Source: Candidatus Micrarchaeota archaeon (GTDB lineage: Archaea > Micrarchaeota > Micrarchaeia > Micrarchaeales > Micrarchaeaceae). Taken from it: 64,000 nucleotides of DNA. The first letter of the stretch is position 1; each line of letters opens with the position of its first letter. A model generated the notes under the pieces. The model worked only from the letters and a program-made list of their open reading frames with translations, made no database searches and was not told the DNA's origin. The position numbers and the translations under genes are program-made. The stretch spans positions 6,975 to 70,974 of the forward strand of contig JAJYYU010000001.1 of assembly GCA_021800515.1 (NCBI GenBank), read 5' to 3'. This document shows, piece by piece, positions 1 through 10,842 of this stretch.

Positions 1-610
1 AGAAATACTTAATATATGTTGTGTTAAGTTGTGAGTCCTGCTTTGAAAAATTCATTATGCCATATCCGAAAGGGGAATCAGGGCCGCCGACAGCCTGCAG
101 ATCATTGTTGCATGCAGGAACTGATGTGCATGCCTGGCAGTAGTTTGAAAGAGTGCACTGGAATCTCGTCAGACCTGTAATATAAAGGCAGGTGCCTATT
201 GATGCATTGCTTTCGTCATTAAACATTGACATTTTCTGCTTTAAATTTGATATGCCTGTCTGGTTTACAAAATTTGCCTTTGAAAATATTGAATTAAATA
301 TCGAAAGTGCCTGAGAGCTGCTTGTGACAAGGGAATATTTTCTGCCTGAAGCATTTATTAAAATAAAGCTTTGGTTGCTTGCTTTAAGACGCATTACAAC
401 ATATGTGCTTCCGTTGACAGAATAAGAATAAAATGTAGATGTGCTTATTGTCTTGTTAGGGAAATAAAATGCAAGATAAGAATGGAATGATGCGTTCAGG
501 GAATTTGCAGTGACTGAATTATTAAGAGGGAGAGATATCGCATCTGCACTGCTTATTAGGAACATAGATAATAACAGAATCGATAAAAAATAAAATTTAT
601 ATTTGAACAT
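1..610 (-). CDS. secreted hypothetical protein, partial (3' end lies beyond the left edge)
   Basis: Absent from the ORF track because it runs off the window. Complement ATG at 610..608 is followed by 203 codons with no stop down to position 1 (translated by hand). N-terminus MFKYKFYFLSILLLSMFLISSADA looks like a signal peptide. Many N-x-S/T sequons and a Cys cluster CTLSNYCQACTSVPAC. Confidence 0.55.
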   Translation of the reverse strand, partial: MFKYKFYFLSILLLSMFLISSADAISLPLNNSVTANSLNASFHSYLAFYFPNKTISTSTFYSYSVNGSTYVVMRLKASNQSFILINASGRKYSLVTSSSQALSIFNSIFSKANFVNQTGISNLKQKMSMFNDESNASIGTCLYITGLTRFQCTLSNYCQACTSVPACNNDLQAVGGPDSPFGYGIMNFSKQDSQLNTTYIKYF

Positions 611-728
611 CATACCAATTTTTGCACAATTTTTATAAATAATAAAATGAAATAAATAAAAATATAACCTATAAAATCAAAAACATATCATATAAAACAA
701 ATACAAGCATGCCATAAACATTGGATGG

Positions 729-1097
729 TTAATATATTTGAGATTTACTTTTCAGTTTCCTCTCGACTATTTGCAATAGAACTACTGCATTGTTATGTTT
801 TTCATCCCGTGACGAATATACTAATACTACATTGTCGTCCATTCTGGCAAGTCTAAGCAGCTTAAGTAGATCTTTGTTTGTTTTAAGTTCTTCCTTATAG
901 CGCCTTTTAAACTCCACCCATTTCTTCGGATCATGGGAAAACCATTTCCTCAGCTCATTGCTAGGTCCTATATTTTTCAGCCATAAATCTATTTTCCTAG
1001 AGCTTTTCTTTATTCCTCTTGGCCAGAACCTATCAACAAGTACTCTTGTCTCATTATTCAGTGCAAACTTGTCAAATACTCTTTTTATTTTTATCAT
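729..1097 (-). CDS. DUF488 (YeaO-like) family protein
   Basis: 122 aa. DRFWPRGIKK...WLKNIGPSNELRKWFSHDPKKWVEFKRRY matches the DUF488/YeaO pattern as I remember it. Confidence 0.7.
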   Translation of the reverse strand: MIKIKRVFDKFALNNETRVLVDRFWPRGIKKSSRKIDLWLKNIGPSNELRKWFSHDPKKWVEFKRRYKEELKTNKDLLKLLRLARMDDNVVLVYSSRDEKHNNAVVLLQIVERKLKSKSQIY

Positions 1098-1439
1098 TTA
1101 ATCTTTGGGCATTTTTTTATTGTGAAAATAAACCAAAAATGCAATATAATAAATTAGAGAGCAATAAATAAAAAGGTATAATTTAATTGCTTTTGTTATG
1201 TTTTGCTAAAAATTTAACTAAAATAGGATATGCTTATAATCAGGGCAAATTGAACTATTGATATGCCTAAATATAAGGATTATAGGGAGATACTTTTATA
1301 TATATTTATTTACATAATATTCCTATAGCAGCTAGCAGCTAACTGTGGTTTATTTTTATTACATTTCTGAGGAAGTTGGGGCTTTCCGCTAACATTGTTA
1401 ATTTTGCTTAAAATTATAACTTTCAAAATTTAAGATTGC

Positions 1440-3299
1440 ATGGACTCTAAATACTGCAAGGAAATTGGATTTTTGTGCGGCCTGGAAATACATCAGAGGC
1501 TTGATACAGAGCGAAAGCTTTTTTGCTATTGCAATTCAAAGATAGAAGAGGACAGGGAGATAGGGTCTGTATTTAGATTTCAAAGAGCAGTATCTGGCGA
1601 GAGAGGCCTCACTGATGCATCTGCTGAATTTGAGGAGGCAAAAAATAAGAAATTCATATACACTCTGGAGAAAGAGCATGCCTGTCTGATTGATATAGAC
1701 GAAGAGCCTCCTCAGGACTTGGATGCAGCCGCGCTTAGGTTTGCGCTTGCGATTGCACGCTCTTTTGGCATGAAAATATTTGATGAGTTGCAGATAATGA
1801 GGAAGGTTATTGTGGATGGAAGTAATCCAAGTGCATTCCAGAGGACGATAATGCTAGGGGATAGTGGCATTCTAGATATGAGAGATTTTAAGATAGACAT
1901 ACCATCAATATCTCTTGAAGAAGAGTCAAGTGGCATATTATCCTCTTCAGCAGAAACTATTAGTTATGACACGTCAAGACTTGGAATTCCGCTCATAGAA
2001 ATAGATACAGATTTTCATATACCTACTCCCCAGGACGTAAAGGAAGTTGCTTTGCGCATAGGCAAGCTGCTGAGAATCTCAGGCTTTGCGCAAAGGGGCA
2101 TAGGCTCTATAAGGCAAGACGTAAATGTTTCGATACGCGGCGGTGCAAGGGTTGAGATAAAAGGATTTCAGGACATCACCAATATTGATAAATTTATTGA
2201 AAATGAGATTCTGCGTCAGCAAAATATTTTAAAGATAAATAGCATGGTAAAGGATGCAAACGCCTCATTTTTAGAGCCGAAAGACTTAACTCATATTTTT
2301 GCTAAAACCCAGAGCCCTATTATAAAATCTTATATCAGCAGAAAAGGCGCTGTTATAGGCATGAAGCTCGTAAATTTTAAGGGTATCCTAGGTATGGAGA
2401 TAAGCCCAGAACGGAGATTTGGTACTGAAGTCAGTGATTATGCAAAGATAGGCGGTGTCAATGGGATTATACACAGTGATGAGGACATAAGTAAATATAA
2501 GTTCAGTGATGATGAAATCCGTGCAATCAATGATGAGCTTGGCATCGATAAAAATGATTCTTTCATAATCATAGCAGGAATGGAAAGAAACTGCAAAAAT
2601 GCGATCAAGTTTGCAAGTATAAGACTTGAATATGCTATTTCAGGCAAAGTTCCTGAAGAGACAAGAGGAGTTTACAATACAGATCTTTTTACTACAAAGT
2701 TCCTTAGGCCTGTGCCTGGCAACGCAAGAATGTATCCTGAAACAGATCTTAGGACAGTGCGCATAACAAAGGCAATGCTTGAAGATGCAGAGATACATTC
2801 TCCAAACATTGAAAAAGAAGAAGAAACGCTGAAAGAACAGATAAAAACTAGCAATCTGCGTGAACAGATGATGATGTCACCAAGATATGGGCTTTATAAA
2901 TTAGTGATTTCATTGATTAAGATAAATCCTGAGTTTGTGGCTAATGTTCTTGTGCAGAAGTTTACAGAATTGCGCCGCGCAGGGTATGATGTTGAGAAGA
3001 TTCCTGAAGAAAAAATAATTGAAATCTTTAAGCTTTATGCAGAGTCAAAGATAACAAAGCAGGCAATTGATGAACTGCTCAAGGAAAGCTCCAAAACAAA
3101 TGAAAGCATAGCAAGGATATTATCAAGAAAGTCTCTATTTAAGTTGGATGAGTCTAAGCTTGCAGATCTTGTGCAAAATGCAATGCGCAGCGCAAATACA
3201 AAAGACAGGGCAAAAATTATTGCAGCAGTGATGTCTGCCAACAGATCAAATATTGACGGCGAGGAACTTAACAAATTGCTTGATAAATTATTGCATTAA
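1440..3299 (+). CDS. gatE: glutamyl-tRNA(Gln) amidotransferase subunit E
   Basis: 619 aa. N-terminal GLEIHQRLDT..KLFCYC motif, inserted AspRS-like region and a C-terminal YqeY-like tail, typical of archaeal GatE. Confidence 0.93.
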   Translation: MDSKYCKEIGFLCGLEIHQRLDTERKLFCYCNSKIEEDREIGSVFRFQRAVSGERGLTDASAEFEEAKNKKFIYTLEKEHACLIDIDEEPPQDLDAAALRFALAIARSFGMKIFDELQIMRKVIVDGSNPSAFQRTIMLGDSGILDMRDFKIDIPSISLEEESSGILSSSAETISYDTSRLGIPLIEIDTDFHIPTPQDVKEVALRIGKLLRISGFAQRGIGSIRQDVNVSIRGGARVEIKGFQDITNIDKFIENEILRQQNILKINSMVKDANASFLEPKDLTHIFAKTQSPIIKSYISRKGAVIGMKLVNFKGILGMEISPERRFGTEVSDYAKIGGVNGIIHSDEDISKYKFSDDEIRAINDELGIDKNDSFIIIAGMERNCKNAIKFASIRLEYAISGKVPEETRGVYNTDLFTTKFLRPVPGNARMYPETDLRTVRITKAMLEDAEIHSPNIEKEEETLKEQIKTSNLREQMMMSPRYGLYKLVISLIKINPEFVANVLVQKFTELRRAGYDVEKIPEEKIIEIFKLYAESKITKQAIDELLKESSKTNESIARILSRKSLFKLDESKLADLVQNAMRSANTKDRAKIIAAVMSANRSNIDGEELNKLLDKLLH

Positions 3300-3502
3300 T
3301 ATGAGGTTTTGTGCAGTGCGTAAAGCTCAGATAGATATAATCTTTTTTTATATTTTGGGAAAATGTTTAAAGGCAAGGATGAGCTATAGAAATGCTATCT
3401 TGAAATCCTAAGGTCATTGAAGTATTAGCAATTAAATGCAATCTATTTAAACTTTTAAGAGAAATACCATTTTATATTTTTTATAAATTTAATGGTGATA
3501 GT

Positions 3503-3766
3503 TTGAGCGGAGAAAATGTAGAAGACCTTATAAAAAAGATCAATAATGAGATGGATCTGTTGATAAATGATATGAGCGTTCCTAAAAATGTCAGGAGCAG
3601 CATAACAGAGGCAAAGGAGAAGCTGAATAGCAATGATGAATACAGCATGAGAATCTCTGCGGCAACTTATAATATAGACAGCGTCAGCAATGATGTGAAT
3701 CTTCAGCAGCAGGCGAGGACGAGATTATGGAATATTTTGTCATTGCTTGAATCTATTAAAAATTAA
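3503..3766 (+). CDS. UPF0147 family small protein
   Basis: 87 aa with a TTG start. DMSVPKNVRSSITEAKEKL...ISAATYNIDSVSNDVNLQQQARTRLWNILSLLE resembles the conserved archaeal UPF0147 family. Ends 8 nt before the PolD small-subunit start. Confidence 0.55.
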   Translation: MSGENVEDLIKKINNEMDLLINDMSVPKNVRSSITEAKEKLNSNDEYSMRISAATYNIDSVSNDVNLQQQARTRLWNILSLLESIKN

Positions 3767-3774
3767 TCTCATTT

Positions 3775-5307
3775 ATGGCAGATTTAAAACAATTATTAAA
3801 TAAACTGTCGCAGCTTAAAATCCTGCTTGCATCTGACGTGACGCAGCAGATGCTTGATAACATAGATGAGAATTCACTGCTCCAGAAAATAATAGAAATG
3901 AGGAGCAGAGCCACTTCTGAAAGCTCTGAAGGTGAAGGCGCAGAGCCAAAAAATGAGCTGGAATTCATTGGCAGCGCAGATATTTTAAAGATTGCACAAG
4001 AGATTGCTACTGAAAAGGTGCCTGTGCCAGTAGAAGTAAGCCGCAGTCCAGGGTTCAGGCCAGAGGCAGCAGAAATAGAAGAGAGGTTCAAGGTATTTGA
4101 AAAGGAGATAAATGCAGTTGCAAGCATAGATGACTTCACAAAACACTTTAACAACAGGCTTGCCAGAATTAAGAAAATACTGGATAGGAGGCAGGGTATA
4201 AAATTCCTTAATGCTCTGGAAGAGATAGATAAAAATAGATACTTATCAGGCAGGGAGATTGCAGTTGTAGGGATTGTATCAAAAAGGATTGTGACAAAAA
4301 ACGGAAATATCATGGTTGAGCTTGAGGATAGCACAGGTACTGTAAAAGTAATATTCATGAACAAGCAAGCGCATAGCCATAAAAACAATATATTTGATGA
4401 TGCTGCAAGAATCGTGAATGATGAAGTTATAGGGATAAAAGGAAAATTATCTCATCCATTTATTATTGCAAATGAGATTATATGGCCAGAGCCTGTAATA
4501 AAGACTGACAAGAAATTTGAAGAGGACTTTTCAGTGGCATTCCTGTCTGACATACATACTGGAAGCAAGCTATTTATGGAAAAAAATTTTCTGCATATGC
4601 TTAAATGGATGCAGGGCAAGGTGGGGGAAAATAACAATATTGCAGGTAAAATAAAATATATTGTAATCGCCGGCGATGTTGCTGATGGCATAGGGATATA
4701 CCCTAATCAAGACAAGGACCTGCAGGTGCTGGATATATACCAGCAGTATTCAATGTTATTCAATATGCTTGATGCAGTGCCGGATTATATTCATGTCTTT
4801 GTGATGCCTGGAAATCATGATGCAACCCAGCGGGCTGAGCCTCAGCCGCCGTTTGATGCAAGCATAATCAAGGACTTCAAGAAAAGCAATATACACATAG
4901 TCCAAAATCCCAGCTTTATATCCCTCAATGGGCTTGATGTGCTCGCATACCATGGTACTTCGCTTGATTCAGTTATCGCATCGATTCCAGGGCTTGCGTA
5001 TTCCCAGCCAGAAACAGCAATGATAGAGCTACTGAAAAGGAGGCATCTTTCACCTATATACGGGGGAAATATAATACTTCCAAGCCCTAAGGATAATCTT
5101 GTAATAGACAAGACTCCTGACATACTCCATATGGGGCATATACACACAAACGGACTGGCAAACTACAAGGGAGTATGGATTGTAAATAGCGGGACATGGC
5201 AGTCCAAGACAGAGTTCCAGACCAAACAGGGGCACATGCCTACGCCATGCAAGATGCCTGTCTTCAATACCAAGTCAAATAAATTCTCAATAGTAAATTT
5301 TTCATGA
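3775..5307 (+). CDS. polB: DNA polymerase II (PolD) small subunit DP1
   Basis: 510 aa. Calcineurin-like phosphoesterase motifs (LSDIHTGS, AGDVADGIG, PGNHD, MGHIH) follow an OB-fold-like region. Lies directly upstream of DP2. Confidence 0.93.
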   Translation: MADLKQLLNKLSQLKILLASDVTQQMLDNIDENSLLQKIIEMRSRATSESSEGEGAEPKNELEFIGSADILKIAQEIATEKVPVPVEVSRSPGFRPEAAEIEERFKVFEKEINAVASIDDFTKHFNNRLARIKKILDRRQGIKFLNALEEIDKNRYLSGREIAVVGIVSKRIVTKNGNIMVELEDSTGTVKVIFMNKQAHSHKNNIFDDAARIVNDEVIGIKGKLSHPFIIANEIIWPEPVIKTDKKFEEDFSVAFLSDIHTGSKLFMEKNFLHMLKWMQGKVGENNNIAGKIKYIVIAGDVADGIGIYPNQDKDLQVLDIYQQYSMLFNMLDAVPDYIHVFVMPGNHDATQRAEPQPPFDASIIKDFKKSNIHIVQNPSFISLNGLDVLAYHGTSLDSVIASIPGLAYSQPETAMIELLKRRHLSPIYGGNIILPSPKDNLVIDKTPDILHMGHIHTNGLANYKGVWIVNSGTWQSKTEFQTKQGHMPTPCKMPVFNTKSNKFSIVNFS

Positions 5308-5311
5308 TTCA

Positions 5312-8300
5312 ATGGATATACACGAGTATTTTGCAATGTTCTCAGAAGAGTTCGATAAGGTGAACAGCATAGCCTCTGAATCAAGGAAGAAAGGCAAGGA
5401 TCCAGAGCTTTTTCCAGAGGTAAAGGCAGCACCTAGCCTTGCTGACAGGGTTGAGGGTATCATAGGTATAGAGGGTCTTGCAGATATTATAAAACACTCT
5501 GGCGCTGACAAGCAGAGGCAGGAGCTTGCGTTCGAGACTGCACGCGAGATTTGCACAAACAAGAAATTCGAGCAGGATCCAGGCAAAAGAGTTTTGCTTG
5601 CAGTGCGGGCAGGCCTTTCAATACTTACAGAAGGAATTCTTGTTGCACCTACAGAAGGAATACAGGATGTAAAATTGTACAAGAATTCTGATGGGACAAG
5701 CTATGCAGCAGTCGTGTTTGCAGGCCCGATAAGAAGTGCCGGTGGCACTAGTGCGGCGCTTGCTGCTGCGCTTGCAGATTATTCAAGAAAACTATTAGGG
5801 ATAGACAGGTACAAACCTTCCAGCACTGAAGTGGAGAGATACCTTGAAGAAATACATATATATAATTCCAGGGTTGCAAGGTTGCAGTATCTCCCAAAAG
5901 ACGAGGATATACGCATTATAATCGAGAACTGCGAAGTCTGCATTGACGGAATTCAGGTAGGGGACATAGAGGTCAGCATACATAAGAATTTGAAGCGAAC
6001 TGACTTGTCAGGAAAGCAGGAATTATTGACCAATAGGGTTAGAAGCGGGATAGGGCTTGTCATATGCGAAGGTATTGCGCAGAAAGCTAAGTCCGTGCTG
6101 AAACATGCAAAAAATGCAGGGCTCAACTGGTCCTGGCTCAACAGTATAATAAAAGTAGATAAGGAAACTGTGCAGGTAAAGAAGGCTAACGATAAGTTTC
6201 TTGAGGACATTGCCGCAGGCAGGCCAATACTCGCATACCCCGAGCACTATGGAAGCTTTAGACTGAGATATGGCAGGTGCAGGTTCTCAGGAATAGCTTC
6301 AAAAGCAGTGCATCCGGCAACAATGGCGATAACAAATGACTTTCTTGCAGTAGGCACCCAGATGAGAATTGACAAGCCTGGAAAAGGCTGCATTGCAGTG
6401 CCTGCAGACTCAATAGAAGGTCCTTTTGTCAAGTTGGATGATGGCCATGCCATGCGTGTAAAGACTGTAGCAGAGGCAAATGAGATAAAAGGAAGGATAA
6501 AAAAAATACTTTCGCTTGGCGACATACTCATTACATTCGGCGACTTCAAAAAGACAAACACCCTGCTGCAGCCAACAAGTTATGTAGAAGAATACTGGAT
6601 TGAGCAGCTTGCTGCAGCAAATGCTGATGAAAATGATATTGAAATTGCTAAAAAAATAAATGCAGGTACTCCTGACTTTGAAACATGCTATAGGCTGTCA
6701 AAAAAATACAGCATTCCAATGCATCCAAGATATATATATGATTATAGCGATCTGTCCATGCAGGAATTTAATACTCTTTTTGAGGATATATTTGCATGCA
6801 AAGAGCTTGACAAAAAAAGCATATCCAGCATTTCTGAGATAACTATAAATAGCACAAGGTCTGCATTTGCGCTCGAAAAAATGTGCATAGAGCATTTTGA
6901 GAAGGATGATAGAATCATAATAAAGAATGATGATGCCCGTGCCCTACTTTATTCCCTTGGACTTGTTAATGGCTTAGAAGTTGTGCTAAGCGAGGCTCAG
7001 TTAGCAGTTTTTAAAGCAGCGCAGAAAGGTACAGTTCTTGAGACATTAAATGCTATCGCACCATTTACTATAATGAACAGATCTACTAGAATCGGCGCAA
7101 GAATAGGCAGGCCTGAAAAGGCAAAGCAAAGGATGATGAAGCCCGCGCCTAATGGGCTCTTCCCTATAGGATCTTATGGAGGAAAAGAACGCAGTATATC
7201 AAAGGCATATGAACTTAGCAAAAAGAAGTTTGACAGCAGGAATATAAGCCTTGAAATTGCAAGGTTCATGTGCGGTGGAAAAAGCGTACCTTCTTTTTAT
7301 TGCGCTGAGCATAGCAGGCGCGCCACGATAGAGAGAATATGCAGCTCCTGCAATAAAATCTCATATGATATTATATGCAAACACTGTGGCATTGAGACAT
7401 CTGCGTCTGGCATTGTTTCCATAGACCTGGCAGATACCTATGAAAATGCGATTAAGGGCCTTGGGCTCGGTGAGCTCGGCATGCTGCCAAAGAACGTGAA
7501 AGGCATCATGGGGCTTGTCAGCAAAAACAAGATTCCAGAGCCTATTGAAAAAGCTATGCTTAGGGCCATGCATAAGGTTTTTGTGTTCAAGGATGGCACT
7601 TGCAGGTTTGATGCAACAGATGTGCCTATCACTCATTTTTATCCAGATGAGATATCCTGCAGCGTTGAAAAGTTAAGGCAGTTAGGATATACAAAAGACA
7701 GTGAAGGAAATGAATTAAAAGACGGGAGCCAGATTGTAGAAATATTCCACCAAGATATACTTATCAATAGGAAAGGTGCAGAATATTTACTTAATATAGC
7801 GCAATTTATTGACGATCTGCTTGTCAGATATTATAAGATGCAACCATTCTATAATGCAAAAACAATAGATGATCTTATAGGCCATTTTGCAATAACTCTG
7901 TCTCCCCATACCTCATGTGGTGTTTTAAGCAGGATAATAGGATTTACAGATGCTAATGTGGGGTTTGCACATCCTTATATGATCTCTGCAAGGAGAAGAA
8001 ATGCAGATGGGGATGAGGATAGTACTATGTTGCTGCTTGACGGCCTTATAAACTTCTCAAAGTCCTACCTCCCTTCGTCTATAGGAGGAACAATGGATGC
8101 ACCGCTTATTCTTACAATAAACATCCTGCCTGAGGAAGTAGACGATGAGGTCTGGAGCATGGAAGTTATAGATAAATATGGCATTGATTTTTACAACAGG
8201 ACAATGAATTTTTCCTCTCCAAGTGAGGTAACAGTTGAATGCGTAAACAACAGGCTTGGGTCAGATGCAATATACAGAAATCTTAAATTTACACATAGCA

Positions 8301-8806
8301 GCAGCATCACAGCAGTTGCTGATTCTCCTAAAAAAAGTATATATACAATCCTAAAAACAATGAAAGAAAAAGTTGATGCCGAATTTGAGCTTATGGATAT
8401 GTTATATAGCGTGGACAAGACTGATGCGGCGCAAAAGCTAATCATGAGCCATTTCATTCCAGATCTTATCGGCAACCTGCATTCCTTCTCAAAGCAGATG
8501 TTCAGATGCACAAAGTGCAATGCGAAGTACAGGCGCATACCTCTTAAAGGAAAATGTCAAAAATGCGATGGCAAGCTCACATTCACAATTTCAAAAGGTG
8601 GAATAGAGAAATATCTTAGCCTTGCAATATCCCTTGCGGACAGGTACAATGTTGCAGATTATATAAAGCAAAGGCTTATACTGATAAAGAACGAGATAAA
8701 TGTGACATTTATAGAGAGTGCAGCAGTTGCAGAGTCAGAAGAAGATACTCGTGAACAAAAAAATAGAAAAAATGAAAAACAAATGAACTTGTTAAGCTTC
8801 CTGTAG
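5312..8806 (+). CDS. polC: DNA polymerase II (PolD) large subunit DP2
   Basis: 1164 aa with a conserved C-terminal zinc module FRCTKCNAKYRRIPLKGKCQKCDGKL. Starts 4 nt after the DP1 stop. Length gives no sign of an intein. Confidence 0.95.
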   Translation: MDIHEYFAMFSEEFDKVNSIASESRKKGKDPELFPEVKAAPSLADRVEGIIGIEGLADIIKHSGADKQRQELAFETAREICTNKKFEQDPGKRVLLAVRAGLSILTEGILVAPTEGIQDVKLYKNSDGTSYAAVVFAGPIRSAGGTSAALAAALADYSRKLLGIDRYKPSSTEVERYLEEIHIYNSRVARLQYLPKDEDIRIIIENCEVCIDGIQVGDIEVSIHKNLKRTDLSGKQELLTNRVRSGIGLVICEGIAQKAKSVLKHAKNAGLNWSWLNSIIKVDKETVQVKKANDKFLEDIAAGRPILAYPEHYGSFRLRYGRCRFSGIASKAVHPATMAITNDFLAVGTQMRIDKPGKGCIAVPADSIEGPFVKLDDGHAMRVKTVAEANEIKGRIKKILSLGDILITFGDFKKTNTLLQPTSYVEEYWIEQLAAANADENDIEIAKKINAGTPDFETCYRLSKKYSIPMHPRYIYDYSDLSMQEFNTLFEDIFACKELDKKSISSISEITINSTRSAFALEKMCIEHFEKDDRIIIKNDDARALLYSLGLVNGLEVVLSEAQLAVFKAAQKGTVLETLNAIAPFTIMNRSTRIGARIGRPEKAKQRMMKPAPNGLFPIGSYGGKERSISKAYELSKKKFDSRNISLEIARFMCGGKSVPSFYCAEHSRRATIERICSSCNKISYDIICKHCGIETSASGIVSIDLADTYENAIKGLGLGELGMLPKNVKGIMGLVSKNKIPEPIEKAMLRAMHKVFVFKDGTCRFDATDVPITHFYPDEISCSVEKLRQLGYTKDSEGNELKDGSQIVEIFHQDILINRKGAEYLLNIAQFIDDLLVRYYKMQPFYNAKTIDDLIGHFAITLSPHTSCGVLSRIIGFTDANVGFAHPYMISARRRNADGDEDSTMLLLDGLINFSKSYLPSSIGGTMDAPLILTINILPEEVDDEVWSMEVIDKYGIDFYNRTMNFSSPSEVTVECVNNRLGSDAIYRNLKFTHSSSITAVADSPKKSIYTILKTMKEKVDAEFELMDMLYSVDKTDAAQKLIMSHFIPDLIGNLHSFSKQMFRCTKCNAKYRRIPLKGKCQKCDGKLTFTISKGGIEKYLSLAISLADRYNVADYIKQRLILIKNEINVTFIESAAVAESEEDTREQKNRKNEKQMNLLSFL

Positions 8807-8837
8807 GGGTACAAAATTCTGCACTACAAAAGCAATA

Positions 8838-9347
8838 TTACTTTTTGTTTTTTGTAAGCATTTCAATCATATTTACAATATCATCAGCGCTTACTCTTTC
8901 AGTATTTATACACAGATCAAAAAAAGAGTGCTCCATTATATCTATATTGTAGATTGTTTTGAATTCTGTTATAGTAAGCAGGTCCTTTGTTCTTAAGAAT
9001 TCCTCTGCATCATTCAAGTCAATCTTATTATTTTTTGCATATCTTTTTGCTCGTTCCTTAATGTCCGCTTCAAGCCAGATTCTTATATCTGCATCCTTCA
9101 CAAGCCATGGCCCAAGCCAGGTTGTTACAATACAACTCCCTTTTTTAGCAGCCTCAATAATTCTGCTGTCAAAATCCCTTACAAATTTTTCATTGCTTTT
9201 CTTGAGGATATCAAGAAGTTCATCATTGCTTTTTGTATAGTGCTTGTAGGAATGGTTTATATGCATTATGCCGAGCTTTTCGGAGATTCTATTACCTATT
9301 GTTGTCTTTCCGCTGCTGCTCAGCCCGCTAACACATATTTTAATCAT
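8838..9347 (-). CDS. cmk: cytidylate kinase, archaeal type
   Basis: P-loop MIKICVSGLSSSGKTT near the N-terminus. The ORF is open to 9374, but the ATG at 9347 gives the usual P-loop spacing. Sits in the conserved adk-DUF106-L34e-cmk neighbourhood. Confidence 0.75.
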   Translation of the reverse strand: MIKICVSGLSSSGKTTIGNRISEKLGIMHINHSYKHYTKSNDELLDILKKSNEKFVRDFDSRIIEAAKKGSCIVTTWLGPWLVKDADIRIWLEADIKERAKRYAKNNKIDLNDAEEFLRTKDLLTITEFKTIYNIDIMEHSFFDLCINTERVSADDIVNMIEMLTKNKK

Positions 9348-9382
9348 TATATAATGCCTGCTATCTCTGTACAAATGCCAGA

Positions 9383-9787
9383 TTACTCAGTTAGTTTGAT
9401 ATCCAAAGTCTTCTCCAGTTTCTTTATAAGGGCATTGTTAGGTTTTGCTCTTTCGTTCTCAACCCTTGCCAAAAAGCTTTCTTTTTCATTTATAATCTCT
9501 GCAAGAACCTTAAGTGACAGGCCCATGCCTTCTCTTGCTGTTTTTATGGCTTCCCCATAATCCTCAACAAGATCTGGCATTTCAGGGTCTGCATTGTCTT
9601 CACTATCTTTGCCATAAATTATATTCGTATGTGCTGTTGCACTGTGTGGTGCAGTATTTGGCTCACTGCTTGTATACAATACTTTTTTATTGTAGCTGCA
9701 CTTTTCGCACACTCTCAAATCAACGCCTTCTACGTTAATGATATAGGCAGTGTTTATTTTTCTGCCACACAATTCGCATTCCTCCAT
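9383..9787 (-). CDS. archaeal multiprotein bridging factor 1 (aMBF1)
   Basis: 134 aa. N-terminal zinc ribbon CELCG...CEKC and a C-terminal cro/C1-type HTH (IKTAREGMGLSLKVLAEIINEKESFLARVENE). Confidence 0.8.
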   Translation of the reverse strand: MEECELCGRKINTAYIINVEGVDLRVCEKCSYNKKVLYTSSEPNTAPHSATAHTNIIYGKDSEDNADPEMPDLVEDYGEAIKTAREGMGLSLKVLAEIINEKESFLARVENERAKPNNALIKKLEKTLDIKLTE

Positions 9788-9876
9788 ATAGCCACTTTTT
9801 AAGGATTTTGCTGAACTCTATGCATCATTATTTAAGAAACTATTATATTGCAAAAATATAAGTATAGTAATAGAAT

Positions 9877-10200
9877 TTAATGCGCAACCATTTGCAGTAC
9901 ATAAGCTCTTTGTTTTATGCCTACTTCATCAAGCTTCATTATGCCCTGCTCAACTCTGTTTCCAAATTTTATGACATCCTGAGTGCATTTCGCGCATAGT
10001 ACTCCTCCAAATATTCTAGCATTTGTTTTCCTTGTCTTTGCTCCTTTTTCGGAAATTCCATTAAGTTCTTGATCACATATTGCGCAATGCGGCTTTGAAT
10101 TAGCCTTTCTTTTATAGTGGAGTACTGTCTTTCCTCCAACTTTTCTTTTTAATTTTCTAAAACTATTTGATCTGTGCATTGGTTTTGGCAATTTAAACAC
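9877..10200 (-). CDS. rpl34e: 50S ribosomal protein L34e
   Basis: 107 aa with a GTG start. RSNSFRKLKRKVGGKTVLHYKRK plus CAICDQ...CAKC zinc-ribbon cysteines. Confidence 0.88.
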   Translation of the reverse strand: MFKLPKPMHRSNSFRKLKRKVGGKTVLHYKRKANSKPHCAICDQELNGISEKGAKTRKTNARIFGGVLCAKCTQDVIKFGNRVEQGIMKLDEVGIKQRAYVLQMVAH

Positions 10201-10277
10201 CGGTTAAAATTAATATAGTTGTTCTTTTTTTATTCTTTTTGTAAAAGTATATATAAATAGTTTTTGCAAAAAAGTCT

Positions 10278-10778
10278 TTAACTTTTGGTACCTACTACGT
10301 CAAATTCTACTTTTTCCTTTGCAGCCTTCTTTTTATCATAGATCAAGATTCCTATAGAGGATATTATTCCGAGTAGGAATACTATTGCAAAGAAGAACAT
10401 AAGGTAATTGAGTTGGAACGAGAACAAAGTTACAGTGTCTTTCGAATACTGCCCAAATAAATGAGGGAGCAGTATATAGTAAATGAGAATAAATAATGGG
10501 AAAATCATAAACATAGGTTTAAGCTGCATCTTCAAGCTACTTGTTACAAGAGGCATGACTTCTTTCTGTTTTTTTGAAATTTCCTCATTAGGTGCTTTAT
10601 TTTTTATCATTTCATTTAGCTGTTTTGTTATCTCCTGTATCTGGAGTTGCACAGATCTCATCTTTTTTGTGTCTGTAGCTTTCCTTTGTATTACTAACGT
10701 AGTTACTATGTACGCTACTGCGATTATGACTATAGGTATTTCTACATTGTAAAAAGGCATTGTTGTTAGCAAAAACAT
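10278..10778 (-). CDS. DUF106 / EMC3-Oxa1-like membrane protein
   Basis: 166 aa. One TM segment, a Lys-rich coiled region, then two TM segments. Occupies the conserved archaeal position between adk and L34e. Confidence 0.7.
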   Translation of the reverse strand: MFLLTTMPFYNVEIPIVIIAVAYIVTTLVIQRKATDTKKMRSVQLQIQEITKQLNEMIKNKAPNEEISKKQKEVMPLVTSSLKMQLKPMFMIFPLFILIYYILLPHLFGQYSKDTVTLFSFQLNYLMFFFAIVFLLGIISSIGILIYDKKKAAKEKVEFDVVGTKS

Positions 10779-10842
10779 TTTATCCCCTCGTTGTTTTTTT
10801 TATTTATGTTTATTTGACTTATGTTTTGGTCTTCTTCTTGCA

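Noticed and set aside
5312-8806. Inteins in PolD DP2 (and in cdc48 or the thermosome)
   Set aside because: Protein lengths are normal for intein-free versions. No Cys/Ser-...-HN-Cys/Ser/Thr splice-junction blocks interrupt the conserved motifs.
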